Source: Tubulanus polymorphus (lineage: Eukaryota > Animalia > Nemertea). From it: a DNA stretch of 64,000 nucleotides. The translations under genes and the position numbers were made by a program. Shown in pieces: positions 50,501 to 63,100 of the stretch; position 1 is the stretch's first letter, and each line of letters starts with the position of its first letter. The stretch spans positions 6,552,778 through 6,616,777 of the forward strand of contig NC_134030.1 in the NCBI RefSeq assembly GCF_964204645.1, written 5' to 3'. Below the pieces are notes generated by a model. That model worked only from the letters and a program-made list of their open reading frames with translations. It ran no database searches and was not told where the DNA came from.

Positions 50501-53500
50501 ATCATATATAAAGGTGTTTGTAAAACCCAAGGGGCAAAATCCCATCCACTAGGCAACTGTAGACCTTCAATAACAATAATTATAAACTTTATTGTCAAAG
50601 AAATATTTCTTTTATGACAAATTATCATGATACATACCCCAGTAAATATTATAGGCCATATAGATGACGGAGGACAAAGCATTAAAATACTAGAAATAAT
50701 AACTAATTGACAGGAGGGAAATTGAAACTATAAATTGACGGACTAAAGCTTTAAAATTCTGACCATTAGGAGAAACAAGTGGAGAGCATTGCATGGATTC
50801 TTCAGAAAACGTAGAGGTTTATAAATTTTTGGGTTGTTCAAAGCACTTTGTGGGACTTGTCTCATTCCTTTGTACAGGGGGCTAATTAACAGAACATGAT
50901 ATTAATTTTCAACAACATTTAGATCATAGTCATTATAACTCAATAATCCAATAGAAATTTATTCATAAATGCTGTGATATTTATTTTTAGAGCATGAATA
51001 TGATATGTCTCTGAAATCAGGCCTCAACTGGCTTTTTCATATCCACAAAAGTAATCCTTATAATAATAACAAATACATATATAGACCTTATACAAAAATC
51101 AATTAGATTAATTGCAGGATCAGATAAACTCAAGTGCTCAATTCCATAAAATCATAAATTAGCATTTTAAACCAATAGGGTCTGATAAGTGACACAAAGG
51201 GTTAAGCCTACATAAATCTCTCCCTGATATAATAATCCCTATCAGGATTAACTAAATCCCTATATTTCCTACTTTCAAACCAGGACCCTGCACTTGCTGA
51301 AACAAGATCAAAAATAACATATGACACAATGTAATTACCTACAGATTATACAATATGTAAACCAATATATTGAACGATAATCCAAGCCACTGATTTCACA
51401 GTCATGGCTCTTATTCAAACAAGTGGCTATAAACACTTATCTAATCTGATCTTATAAATGCTGGGTTTTCTTAGGGATTAACTCTATTTTAAAGCTGCTC
51501 CTTCAGGGCACACAATTTCAAACATGTCAGATATCTTGTTTTCGGGATACATTTCCAAAATCCAGGGCACATTTTCCCGCTGATAATTCGAATGATTTTC
51601 TATTCAGGCAGATGTAAACTGCGAACGTTTCGAAATTAGTATTGGGATTAGTTAAACTAGTCGTTCACAGATGGCACCACCCGCTAGTGCTGTACGATTC
51701 GCCAACTTTCTGAAAGGATTGTTACTAATTAAATGTCATAAATCGTGTCACACTTTTGTGCGTAGTTATATTCAATATTTGAATGTGATCAGATTTTATG
51801 ACCTATAAAAGACGAGAAGGTATTTACTCAAGTACTGAGCAGTATCGCTGCTGCCTAATGCAGTAGTTTAAGCAGTATATATATACATATTTTTCATAAA
51901 GCGTGTACCTTGTATAATTATTTTTCATACCGCATAGAAAAGATTTCTACACAATTGATTCGCGTGTATGTAAGACTGATCTAAAGAATAAATAAACGTA
52001 TTATTTCAAAATCTTACACAAGATTTCTGATGAATTAAAGTGCGTAGAAAGTCGTAGAAAACACCTGGGTATATCAATATCATATCGAGATCAAAAGAAG
52101 TCCCTGATTACGGAGAAAGGAAATCGTCTATATAACTTTTCACCGGTGACTTAAACAACTTCTTATATCAGTAATAGAAATGTTTAATATCTCTTCCTTT
52201 AACATCCTTTTATTGGATTGAAAGACGTTTTTAACATTTAATGGATCTAATTCCTCCATTGATATATTTCTCTGTTTGGGCAAATCTACAACACGCGAAT
52301 ATGGCAATGTTTTTTTTATTTTAATTCTTTGTTTACTTGTCAATCGATCATAAATGTCTATAGGGTCAAACAATGAACCATGTAAAAAATATCAGATGGG
52401 GAAAATATTGTTTGGAGAAAACTTCTTAGATATGTTGGGGCTGGAGAATATGTTATATACATATGTAAATTTTATGAAAAATATTCAAGTAGAAAAGTGA
52501 GCCCCATTAGCTGACGGTTTAGCCTTGTTTCGTATTGGATTAGTTCATGAATACACCAACCAGGCAACTGAATACCGTGCGCTTGAATACAAGATCTCCC
52601 GTGGTACTGCGAGAAACCATTGAAAACCCGATTCATATAACAAATCACACTACAGGAATCGCACCACAAAAACAAGTGTCACCGCAGTACAAAATACGTC
52701 AGAAATTACCAAGACCTAAACATATGTCCGCTTAATAGATTATCAGATCGAATTCCTTCGCGATCATATTCAATTACTGATACGCCATTTTTTTATCGAA
52801 TAAAGAGTTTGATTTCATAACATTATCATATACTATCGGACTTTGCAATTACGGCTAAATAGAATGCAATGAGTATCGCGGAGATAGATTTATCATTTTT
52901 ATTACATGACGCATAAAGAGTAGCTATACGTATGCGCTATCATTCGCTGCGATTTTTTTTTTGTTTTCTTAATAAACTACACAACAGTTACAAAGAAAAC
53001 ATATCACGTTTTATCCCCAGTAATATTATGTAACTATAGAGTAAGTTAGGCTAAACTCCCAGCAGTTTTTATACAGTCTAAATCGCATTTTACTCGGAAT
53101 TTGGACGAAAATGAAATCTCGAATTTTTGCGATACCCTAACTTATCTTTCCTATCATCAACTCGGACCAATTTTTTTGGTCCCGGTTATTCTGAATAAGG
53201 CGAGGAGGTTTGCTATAATGGCGGCATCTTAGCCTGTTATACTAGTCATCTATTGGATTATAGAAAATAAATGGCTGTTGAAACTAAAATTAAGAGGGTG
53301 TCGCATTTTGATATTTGCGTGTTTGGGCGCGGTAAATGCTCACCATGGTAACCGATTTACGAACTCCGCGCACTTTTAAGAATTAACGCTATATATGATA
53401 TCCCGTAACCATAGTTACCTGGATGAGTTCAGATGAAAGGCTGAATTCGTCCGATCAGTTCGATCATTTCAAATATTTGTTATTATATTACATTATTTGT

Positions 53501-56500
53501 TATTAGATATTCAGACTGGTCACCTGTTAATCTCGAAATTTCAACCTATAGAGTTATATAGGCTACTAGTTTATAATCTTTTATAAGATTATATTTCAAT
53601 TAGTCTGCAAGCAGTTTCAGAAAACTGAAAACCCGAAGAGCCGCGATGGCTCAAGCATTTTTGGCCAAATTTGACTCTGGTCTGATTTGCACCAATTTGA
53701 CATAGGCAAAATCATCTTCATCGCATCGCAGCTTAGATTTGAAAATAACCAACCTAACCAACAACAGTGGGACTGGATCCAGTTCCATAGTTTGGAGTTA
53801 AGATTTGACTCGGACTTAAAACATTCATAATGAACTAACTCTAACTCACAACTGTGGAACCGGATCTTGGGTGTCTTGCGTTCGCCAACTGAACCAACTA
53901 ACAAAAAACACTTACCTAATACAGTTAAAACAGCCGATCCGGTCACTCCACCGAATATCTCACATATATAAGTACCGGCGTGCGACTTCTGCGCGAACTT
54001 GATCGTCAAACTGAACGTCCCGATTTTGTAATGAGTCGGATCTCGATTGCTAGTGACGACATTCTGACCGTTGATGACGGCGATCGTGTCTTCGCCTTTC
54101 CTCCAGAAAACCTGCTCCGACCCTCGACCGCTCACCTCGCACGGTATCGTCACGTTTTCGTTCAGCGGCACGCTGGCGTCAGCGGGTTTACTGATCCACG
54201 TAATCGCTGCATCCGTAAATCCTTAAACGAGAAAAAAATAGAAAAAATATGTTCAGAGATCAATACCGAATATACCGGACAAATCATCTTAATAGGTTAC
54301 GTAACAATGAGGAATCCATGCCAACAGTTATCCCACTAGATGGCGTGCATATCCACGCTGCAAAACCTTGGACCCAGTTCCACAGTTGTGAGTTAGAGTT
54401 AACTCTGAGTTAAAGTTAGTTCATTTTCGATGAGTTAACGTGGAGTTAAATCTTAACTCAGAACTGTGGAACTGGACCCTGTATAGTGCTTTCAGTAATA
54501 AGTTGAAATTTGTTCATTTACATTTCATTGAAATATGAAAGAAATTCTTAAATCAACATTGATACCAACACTACATCTTTATAACATTTCCGTACTAAAT
54601 CAACCCATCATAATCGAGTTCATATTTGTTGAATTTCATCCGATTTCAAGCAGCTCACATCATCAATTAGGCAAGTTGTGTCTGATAAAACCTAGATTTG
54701 ATTGACATTATCAACGTGACTTTTGTTCATCAGTAGAATTATCAGAAGAAATTATGAATCAATCTTTATTTAATCAAAGAAAAACAACATCATTGTCAGG
54801 ATATATGAACCTGGCGGATCCTCACATGCCACAAAAATGGTGGACATATCTCTCAAATCTAACAGGTGTAGTAAAACGATGATTACACCAGCTGATCAGT
54901 TAGTCATTGTAGATTTAAGTGCCTTTTTCAATATCACAGTCGACATTAAAGTTGCAAAAGGCTGATAATTGAAATATCAGTGTAGACAATACCCAGCGGG
55001 CGGCAGATGTCATGAACGGACTTCTCCCTGTTAAACTGATGACGTGTTATGATGTAATATGATTAGATGTCACCCCCACCCTGTCTATTATAGAATATGT
55101 AACACCCTGATCACTATCTATTCAACTTGGAGTACTCCAAGATTTAACCGAGATTTCTCGAAACTAGCCAACAACTGATTTTTTCTAGTACTACGCAGAA
55201 ATACCTGTGCTAAACGAACGCGAGGTCTTGGCTGCTAAAACAGAAAACAATAAGGGCTATTTCTAGCAGGAAAAAATATCAATTCTGTGAACTATTTGAC
55301 TGAGTTAAACTGTGGAACCTGACATACAATAGCTAGCTTTCACATCGCCTGGGTCCAGGTTGTCAAAATACGTAACACAAGTCCTACAGGTGATGACTAT
55401 TTTCAGTCAAGTTGATTTCGAGAGCTCTTGCGTCAACTGGGCTTCGACATTTCATGCCATAAACGCGCAACACGTATACAGTTTTTGAAAATGGCTCATA
55501 GAATTGAGTTGAAACGTTAAGCTACAAGATAGTTTTTTCTTTTTATTGTGGGTTTTATCTACTATTGATATTGGACAGCCACTTGTCTATGGAAACCAAC
55601 GCAACACGTATGATCGCGTAGACTAGAAATATTAATCCATATAAAGTGGTAATTTGATCAGTTGTACGGAGTACTGCATGTACACGCAACATGGCCCCAC
55701 TGGGATACTATATACCTGAACGCTCGACGCGCAGAGGCTTACAAAAAAGAAAAATAGAACTCCCGTTTATTTGATTCACTGATGAAGGGTACTTCATATA
55801 CAATTCATCAATGACAAGCCATATAGAATGAATAAATTATCACCTTTAATACGATGGACCAGGCATATGTACACGACTATAGCGATGTCTATATCATCAT
55901 ATACCAATTTTTGAAGAAGGAGCTTAGAAATTCAGATAGCATGTCACTTTCATCCCCCGAGTTTATTAATACTGGTCTCTGTGGAACCTGCACGCGTATT
56001 CGCTGATGCGTGCACACTCTCGATAATCATTATAACAAAACCTGTATCCATAGAAATCACGAACTCGTCTACTGCCGGGGCTGGCTGGGGAGGAGGCTGT
56101 TGATATCAATATTCAATAATTCTCCTCTATACTGAACCATAACAACGTGATGCAGTCAATGTATTAAACGATCAGAGCTCATAATACACTGGTTGAAATT
56201 ATTGAATTACACTACAAAACTACAAACTCCTTAAATGTCGACGCCGCCTATTGAGGTAAATTCTTAAGATGGCAATAACTTTGTCAAAAATGAAAGTCAA
56301 ATGCAGGGTCTTGTATGTGATTTTGTTTCAAAATTGGAATCTTTGGTCATGGCCATTTCCACAACCAATTACATGTAGTCTAGATTATGTTATTCTACAG
56401 CTCATAACTTCCTCCACTAGTGTGATGTAATGGAGCTTTTTTTTGGTAAATTAAACAAAAGATTTTTGCAGAACCAACACTGCTTGAACTTCATCAGTCC

Positions 56501-59500
56501 AAGTTATAAGGCCGTTTATGCAGCTATTTTATAGCTAATTAGATTTATTTCGTGACGTCTCGTATCTCGAAGGAATGTTATTGTAACATTTCATATACAT
56601 TCTATCACTCATCATTTAGGTTGTATCATCATACCATAATACAATATCACATTTCGATTACCATCATCTAATTTTTGTAATACTAGAAAAAAATCTATAG
56701 CTCACTTCACCATAAACCAATTCCGATCTTTTCTATCTAGAAATACACTCGAAAATAGTATCGAAAATAGAAACATTTTATCGGGAAACAACTGGCAAAC
56801 AGGATTATCGAACAACTGCCGAGATGCCAAAACTTAACCCAAAACCGAAGCCAAACAGCTGGAATGTAGGGTCCATAGTTGACCACGCGGAACAGATGTT
56901 CGGCTTATTTCTCATTATCTCTAATTTCGTTTTATTTATAGGCAGCTGATGATGATGAAGTAGCTACAAAAAAGTCCGCATTTCAAGAATTCTGTTCTCT
57001 AAAAGAGTGACAGAGACAGCTGATAGCCGATAAAGCAGCCAGCAGCAGCCAGCAGCCTATATTTCACCTGGTATGCTATGTTTTCTCTTGATTCAAAATA
57101 CACCGCGCACACGCCTCAACACACATACAACACGAGAATATAAGAGTTTTTTAATAGTCTGTATACAAAATATGACAAAACAGGAGAATTATTATCGAAA
57201 ATGATATTCCTATAAATTCATTCATAGTGACGGCGCAAGGTGCGACTGGCTGTTTACTAAATATGACAAATATAATTATGTAGTCTAGTAATTTTTGCTT
57301 CGTTTTGACACATGAGAAAATGTGTCATATCTTGATAAAGTTCCTAGAATATTCAGCATACCTAAATAATCGAATGAAGTTTAACCGCAAAATCCCCGAG
57401 GAAACTCCATCAGCCCATGTCACCCTGCACGAGTCAATTAGGTCTATTCGAACCAGGTGCGAAAGTCATGATTTTTATTAAAATCTTCTTGAATCCGATC
57501 GTTACAATCATAAAATTGTAAACGCCCTGTGAAAATATGACTCATCGGATATTAGTGTGGATGTTGAGACATATCCATGGTCACCGGAACGTAAAGCCAT
57601 CCACCTCCACTGCTAACACCAGGCAGCTGTTTATATTGTATTTGATACAGTGACTCGCTGTGTTATAATGGATTTGAGGCAGATCTGAAAATCATGACCT
57701 TCATAATTCATAAAAGTGAGGTACAATTATCGATCGGTAAACAATGCGAGTATAGAATAGATTTTCCGGCATTCTTTGAATGTTTAAACATTCGCTAATT
57801 CTCCAAATACGAAACGATTGTCTACATCGTATTAATGAAATACATATGCGCGACGTAGAAAAGAAAAATATTCATAGAATCGAAGTCAATATTATTCTAA
57901 ATATCATTAACTGAGAGATATTGGATATGTAACACGGGCGGGAACAGCGTGTGAAGTACAGTCATATTTAAACATACGGTAACAATCATATATAGTTATG
58001 TATTGACAATAGATCAACAGATGTCTAAACCCTTGCATCCCTGGGAAAACAGTTTTCACGCTGGTCGGTTTAAATCTTCGTGTCATCAGCTTTTGACGGA
58101 TTGTTTTTTGCCACATCTGAACTCAATTTAGTTTATGCCACTTTTTTGCTAGAGCAGTTTCCAACTCGTTGATTCATTTCATTTGAATAAAGATGTTTAC
58201 TTTCGTAAACAATTTTTCATTGTTTTTCACATGTTATCAGTACCAGTGAAGAGGGTGGAGTCATTTGTTGCTCAGTACGCGCCTGCAGTCATCCCTATTA
58301 CGTTATGCCTGCAGAAACAACCAATTACGCCAGTCTTTCATACGAACCGCACATAAACAAACCAGTTACATCGGATTCATTTTCCCTGAATTATTTCTGG
58401 ACTGATAAATACTGCACTATGTAGTAATACAAAGTGACAACTAGATAATCAAACCATATATATCTTTCTACATGTATATACATAACAGCTTTCATGGGTT
58501 TTCTGCCGACAGCTTTTCTATTGCGCTTTATTTAAAAGAAATTAGGAATTTTCATTGTAAAAATACTTAACCTAAATAGGATTTAACACATTTATATATT
58601 TTTGATGAATAATGCACAGACATGACTGTACAGGCCGTGCTGTGTAGGGGGTGTGCGCGGGGAATGAATAGGATTGTTATTAAAACTAATATATGACTGA
58701 GATTGGAATGTTTTCGAGTATTCTGCGGTTCCAATTGAACTTTAATGAAAGTCGCGCGAAGCAGAACTTTTCAATGATTATGATAATTACTGGAGCAAAA
58801 CGACTTCGACAATGAGTTTAGTCTTACTAATTTTCAGATAATGATTCTTTTATTCTATAGCGTTGTAGTTGCCGGTATTCGAATAAAAAGCCAACACTAA
58901 CGAACTGAAGTCACGCTCAGTATTGATAGAAATTACAGTGTAAAAATACTGCCATTCTATTAGCAGTATAAGTACACATGTTTAATGCTATGCAAGCAAG
59001 CTTTTTGAACTTGATTTGAACCAAAAAAGTGTCTCTCCTTTGTAAAAATGTGGTTTACATGTGACTAAATCTGGATTTAGATCCACTCAGGACTCATCCA
59101 TCAAAGGCCTCTTCAAACAAATAGGCTTGAAAGATTTTGGAATCGGTGCAAGACCCAGCATGGCGGATCATGGTCCCACTTCTATTAGCGGAAGGATTGA
59201 GAAATGATAGTAGGATATTTTGAATGATAGCAAGTTAAATGAAATGTATGATTACATACGGTGCTGTATAACCTGCCACAGTGGAAAAATATTTTCTTTG
59301 ATCAAATTCTTCGGAATTCAATTTTTGCAATGACGTTAATATCGACGCGCAAGAAAGAAATCATATTTAAAGGCGATATCATGTCAATATTATTGCCTGT
59401 ACAGTTTCACCTGGGGCTGAATATTTACACAAAAAATGTAAAACCTTGATCGAATAGAATAAACTGAAGTCCTTGTATATAAAGTGTAAAACCAGTAGTC

Positions 59501-62103
59501 CTAGATGTTCTAGAGCCTGGGGGGTAACATACCCCTACTGCGCCGGGTAACTGAGCTACTTAACAGTTAAAGCTATAGGCAGAATACGATTGTCTCATAG
59601 AACAAATTCAAAATGTTTTTTTATACGTATGAATAAGATTCCTCGAAACCAGTTCACCATAAATAATAAACCCGGCCCCAGCCACCCCGCGATAGAATTA
59701 AAGCCCTTTTCATTTTGATCGATTGTTTCATAAGAAAAGCAATAAAATGTAGCCAATAATTCGGTTGAAAATTATTCTATTTAGGACGTGTTTTTCAGCT
59801 CTCGAGGTGTCCGGCTTTGTTTTTTCTTCAGATTAAATACAATCCGGCCTTGTACCTCAAATATTGAATAGTCATATCGAATTTCTACTAATCCACAATT
59901 TCAAATTACGTTTCCTATAATTGATTTCCTCTAGGCCTTAATCACTTGTAGGGAAATTCATCAAACAAATTACCTAATGAAGAGCTTCTGCAAACAGTTT
60001 AACGGGATATGTTCATACCTCCAATTCTCAGTGAAGTCTGGCCCCACAAATTGACAGTTTACTTCAAGGCATTGAATGTATTATTAGGCCAGTCGTTGGT
60101 GTTGTCTCAAGTCAAATATACAACTGATAAAGCTCTTAGTTCTAAACTAAACATCCCCAAATCTATATTCATGTATCGTATTTCAACACACGTCTAAATA
60201 TGGAGACATCCACAAAAATAATCAACCTAATGAACTAAAATACTATGGAACAAGGTAACCGTAGTATAGGCTAAAAGGGGCTACCTTTCGATCAGGGAAA
60301 TAAACTTTTGGAAATATGAATTTATTCCATACACTGAATAATTCAGCTAATTTAATGAATTTGTCATTAGCAAATCGAACCCCCATGCATTCCGTGCCGA
60401 TTCCAACTCATTCATAAAACTCACTGAACATTATAATAAAGTTAACAATCGACTATAAACTCTCAGGTAGTTGACCACCTAGGGATGTGCGGGAATGCTA
60501 GGGGCAACACGCGTTCTATCATAACAATCGTGCAGCTATAGGACAGTGGGGTTTATGGTCAGGAGCAAGTCAGTCACCTTTCATAAAACAGCCTAGTTAA
60601 ACGTGTAGAAGGACTAGTCTATCTCAAGTGAATAAGGTCTATCCAACTTGAGTTAATCTTACTCCAACAAGATTCCAACAGGCCCATACAATGTTATTTG
60701 GTTAAAATTACTTGAACATAAATTGTTTGACAATATTGCTTTTACATCAGCATAGTGTTTAACGAAATGAAGCGAAATTTGTTGAGAATCCGATATCTAC
60801 AGAATAACGAAAACGAAACGTCGAATTTATTGTCTGAGTTTCAACTATCCAGATGTGAAGAATCAGTCCAACGTGATGAGAAGAGCAATAGAAAATGATT
60901 GACGTAAACATAATGCTTTCAACTGTTTACAAATGTTTTTACAGAATGGAAACATTTTCAAGAGAAACCTATTCGCCGCGATCTGATTTATACCAAGATC
61001 TGATTTCTACACTGGCTCCTTAAAGACTTCTTCATTTTTTACTCAATAAACGCCTTATCGTTACATTAACTCTCAAGAGAGTTATGTTTTACGATATAAC
61101 CATCTCGGTATTTTTCATCATGTCATGATACCAGTTTCAAACAGGTCAAATCTGATCAGACGCGTTGAATACAGTAGAAGGGGGTTAAGCCCCAAAAACT
61201 GACTCCTGCTGGTAATTCGTGATCTACAAATAACCCAGCCCCTTTCACTCCACCCAAACGGAACAAAACAGTTATTAGGAAGGTTCATAATTAAGGGATA
61301 ATGGGTGTAATGTTTATATGGTGACACTGACCATCACTTCAGGAGGTGTCATCATAGTCAACATAATGAACATATTAACAGTTAATCAACCACTAGTAAG
61401 TTGTTTGTGAGTAAATATCCATTGTTGTCTAACTGAATAGGAATAAAAACAAGGCACCTCCTAATGAGATGAGTGCTTAATTTAGGGCTTAATTATAAAC
61501 AATCAGGGGGTTGTGTTGAAACATGTGTGAATCTTAGTCCAGTTAATTAACGGATTAGTGCATCAGATCAGTTAGGGCAAACAAGATTTTGTTTGTATCA
61601 AATAAATATCATGTTGTCTAGCAGCATATCAAAACAGAAGTCATTCTTTCATTGGTAAATCTTTCATAACAAACATGTTTTTTTTTCAAAAGGCTTCAAT
61701 CTCAATCGATTTTTACATTCAGAGGTTTTGTTTTTTCTCACCGTCTTAAATCACAAAAACAAGCTAGAAAAATATTAGAGATAAGTCTAAGCTGACTATG
61801 ATAAAATGAACTTCGATATTCCACGGAGCAGTGTCTGAAATACTTAACTACCTTTTCGTAAAGCTAGATGGAGGGAGGGGGTAATCGAAGATATCCTATT
61901 TATTGGACCTTTTAGATTTGATGTCACAAACTTGTTGTTAGATTAACTGTACTTAGTGAAAGTATGAAATGCTGATTACTTAATGATATCACGAACTTAC
62001 CAATATTGTTAAATAAACACGCCGAAATTAGCACCAAAACGGAAATAATCCGGTGTGAACACTTGTTGGCAATGTGACAGGTCTCGAACTCCATTTTTTT
62101 CAT
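32456..62103 (-). CDS. ed: Gene 4 (spliced span): echinoid-like immunoglobulin cell adhesion molecule
   Basis: Exons 62103-62001, 54221-53916, 50070-49792, 49254-49099, 48790-48671, 48482-48195, 47779-47480, 47091-46828, 35148-35004, 34915-34731, 33845-33747, (33425-33405), 33001-32975, 32571-32456, all phase-consistent. C-terminal SGYSTP..KKVIYEVVV resembles the Echinoid SGYSTP..RRVIREIIV PDZ tail (recalled, not searched). Confidence 0.85.
32975..33001 (-). CDS. ed: Gene 4 27-nt microexon (NTFRNGKYN)
   Basis: ctaac branch point, pyrimidine tract with TGC, ttttacag acceptor, gtaagt donor. Confidence 0.78.
33405..33425 (-). CDS. ed: Gene 4 candidate 21-nt microexon (NVEDIGD)
   Basis: tgtttacag acceptor, gtgagt donor, frame-preserving. 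Confidence 0.6.
33747..33845 (-). CDS. ed: Gene 4 cytoplasmic exon, Tyr-rich (GSYGHMNGYPNGSIPYEHELDNVMKLDDPYLF)
   Basis: tatttag acceptor, gtaagt donor, 99 nt, phase 1-1. Confidence 0.87.
34731..34915 (-). CDS. ed: Gene 4 cytoplasmic exon, His-rich
   Basis: QRPKPVP..GLDNPGLD..HHHHH; phase 2 to 1; extra same-phase donors after 34881 and 34818. Confidence 0.8.
35004..35148 (-). CDS. ed: Gene 4 transmembrane exon
   Basis: IYIVAGVGALVVIILVIILIVVCCRRKK; phase 1 to 2, gtaagt donor. Confidence 0.93.
37198..37481. mobile_element. Non-autonomous DNA transposon
   Basis: TIRs caggggcagatctag / ctaaatccgcccctg, with aaata on both flanks. Confidence 0.7.
40700..40900 (+). mobile_element. Penelope-like GIY-YIG endonuclease relic
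   Basis: Frameshifted MKILSERE..IKEAF../RAIRPTLNK resembles the KIL..E..IKEA.I...P.LN C-terminal motif. Confidence 0.35.
46828..47091 (-). CDS. ed: Gene 4 membrane-proximal Cys-containing FN3-like exon
   Basis: LPTPEDV..YCVQIE..W..C..INISFCL..CGEKVEAE; ttttgttccag acceptor, gtgagt donor. Confidence 0.88.
47143..47425. mobile_element. MITE with ttccctg subrepeats, filling the Ig5-FN3 intron
   Basis: Ends cagggtggtca / tggctacgctg; repeated aaattccc and ttccagg motifs. Confidence 0.6.
47480..47779 (-). CDS. ed: Gene 4 Ig5 exon (I-set)
   Basis: IECHGKGLPKPTIEW..GQYTCRAVNMLG; phase 1-1. Confidence 0.94.
48195..48482 (-). CDS. ed: Gene 4 Ig4 exon
   Basis: VPCRIESANP..VRW..DSGEYTCIASNSLKPSG; phase 1-1. 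Confidence 0.94.
48671..48790 (-). CDS. ed: Gene 4 Ig3 C-terminal half exon (PTEVNLQYSPTYLRTNSSEFSCTASNQIGTTEATIKVEVQ)
   Basis: tttttcag acceptor, gtaagt donor, 120 nt; supplies the F-strand Cys. Not in the ORF track. Confidence 0.9.
48838..49075. mobile_element. tRNA-derived repeat with two divergent B-boxes in the intron that splits Ig3
   Basis: tcagcggggattcaaac (about 48900-48916) is inverted relative to gttcgaatccctgcctga (49055-49072). Confidence 0.55.
49099..49254 (-). CDS. ed: Gene 4 Ig3 N-terminal half exon
   Basis: YKPRV..NPLVV..LLCNIAANP..VVWKK; C|gtaagt donor. Confidence 0.9.
49380..49660 (+). mobile_element. SINE-like element with an (ACT)n tail
   Basis: GC-richer block with a core-like tgtcacccagcaatgaa and a 3' aaaactactactact. 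Confidence 0.4.
49792..50070 (-). CDS. ed: Gene 4 Ig2 exon
   Basis: VPPGPP...FTCSSTGGNPTP...DDKTNYTCKVFN; phase 1-1. Confidence 0.93.
53773..53869. mobile_element. Palindromic MITE, ccagttccacag/ctgtggaactgg family, copy 1
   Basis: Self-complementary ends; matches the reverse complement of 54368-54481. Confidence 0.75.
53916..54221 (-). CDS. ed: Gene 4 Ig1 exon
   Basis: IPCEV..VFWRK..LTI..HAGTYICEI; phase 1-1. Confidence 0.93.
54368..54481. mobile_element. Palindromic MITE, same family, copy 2, inverted relative to copy 1
   Basis: ccagttccacagtt...aactgtggaactgg; decayed relatives near 30770-30840 and 35328-35444. Confidence 0.78.
55480..55523 (+). ncRNA. Penelope-type minimal hammerhead ribozyme with a U3-A8 core variant
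   Basis: agttt-TTGAAAA-t-ggctca tagaat tgagtt-GAAACGTT-aagct; stems I and II pair with G-U. Confidence 0.5.
62001..62103 (-). CDS. ed: Gene 4 exon 1, signal peptide (MKKMEFETCHIANKCSHRIISVLVLISACLFNNI)
   Basis: Hydrophobic core, G|gtaagt phase-1 donor, joins GFTDA/AITW. Confidence 0.8.
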
Positions 62104-62269
62104 CGTCGTCGCCGCGTTTTAGTTGACATAAATAAATCCGTTGTCGCTTAACGCCGTTATATCGTTAAAATACTGACTTAGCTCATCATCACGATGAATT
62201 CATCTATCGCCTGGTTTCCTATATTTCAGATGACAGTTCGGATGAAGAGGCGAAACGCCACGGCTTTCA

Positions 62270-63100
62270 ACTTAGTAGCGACTGATACACACGTCAAATC
62301 TATAAGAGCCGCACAACACAACTGTCACCCGATAACACGACCGCCGCTTTAAGAAGTAGTTCCACGGATCCTATCATATTCCGACCACAGCTGGCTATTC
62401 TGCCTTGTTTCAAAATAAATGACCACTTAAGAACCTAATTACAATTGTTTTGTTAATTGTTCATGCGTCTGGACAGAGTGCTCTTAGAAGACTTGATTCA
62501 CGCTTCGCCGGCTGGCGCATATATACTCATCCGGTTCTGCGACTATTTCGCCGCCTATCAAATTTTAAGTGAACTAACGGCTCTTGAGAGAAATAGCAAT
62601 TTGTAGTAAATCAAATTTGCATTAATGGTTCCAAATTTCAAATACCCTTCATTAACTCTAGCTTAGCACCGAAATTTAACACTGCCTTTCCATTCGGGAT
62701 GATGATGATGACGACGAACCAAACGCGGACTCGAGCCCACCCATAATTTAATGTTTCAGAATAAATTACGGGTTCGAACCCAATCGTTCATATCACACGG
62801 GCGCATGGTATTTCGCGCGCCAATACACACGTGGGCTTATAGGATACGGTACGTATTTCCCGGGCCTAATTCATAATCGCGTAAAATCTTGTTGCCTGTA
62901 GATTTGTTCTACGTGATAATTCACTTCAAATGTCATTTGAAATACACAAACGTTCGATGGTATGATCGTTTATTTGTCAAGTTAAAAAAACGAAGAAATA
63001 GCAAATTTAACCCCACGGCCACAACGCCAACGGAGTTCGTTGATGGCACGCCAGTTACAAGCGTCACACAGGCTGCGTGCGCATTGACGTGAATAATTTC
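62270..63100. promoter_or_regulatory. CpG-richer divergent promoter region between gene 4 and the zinc-finger gene
   Basis: Minus-strand Inr TCAGT 62285-62281, CRE half-sites (62291-62296, 63085-63090), E2F-like TTTCGCGCGCCAA 62811-62823. Confidence 0.45.

Noticed and set aside
50340-51130. LINE endonuclease-like fragments on the minus strand (ISET, GVCIMI)
   Set aside because: Motif order is inconsistent and the frames are broken; not supportable without a profile search.
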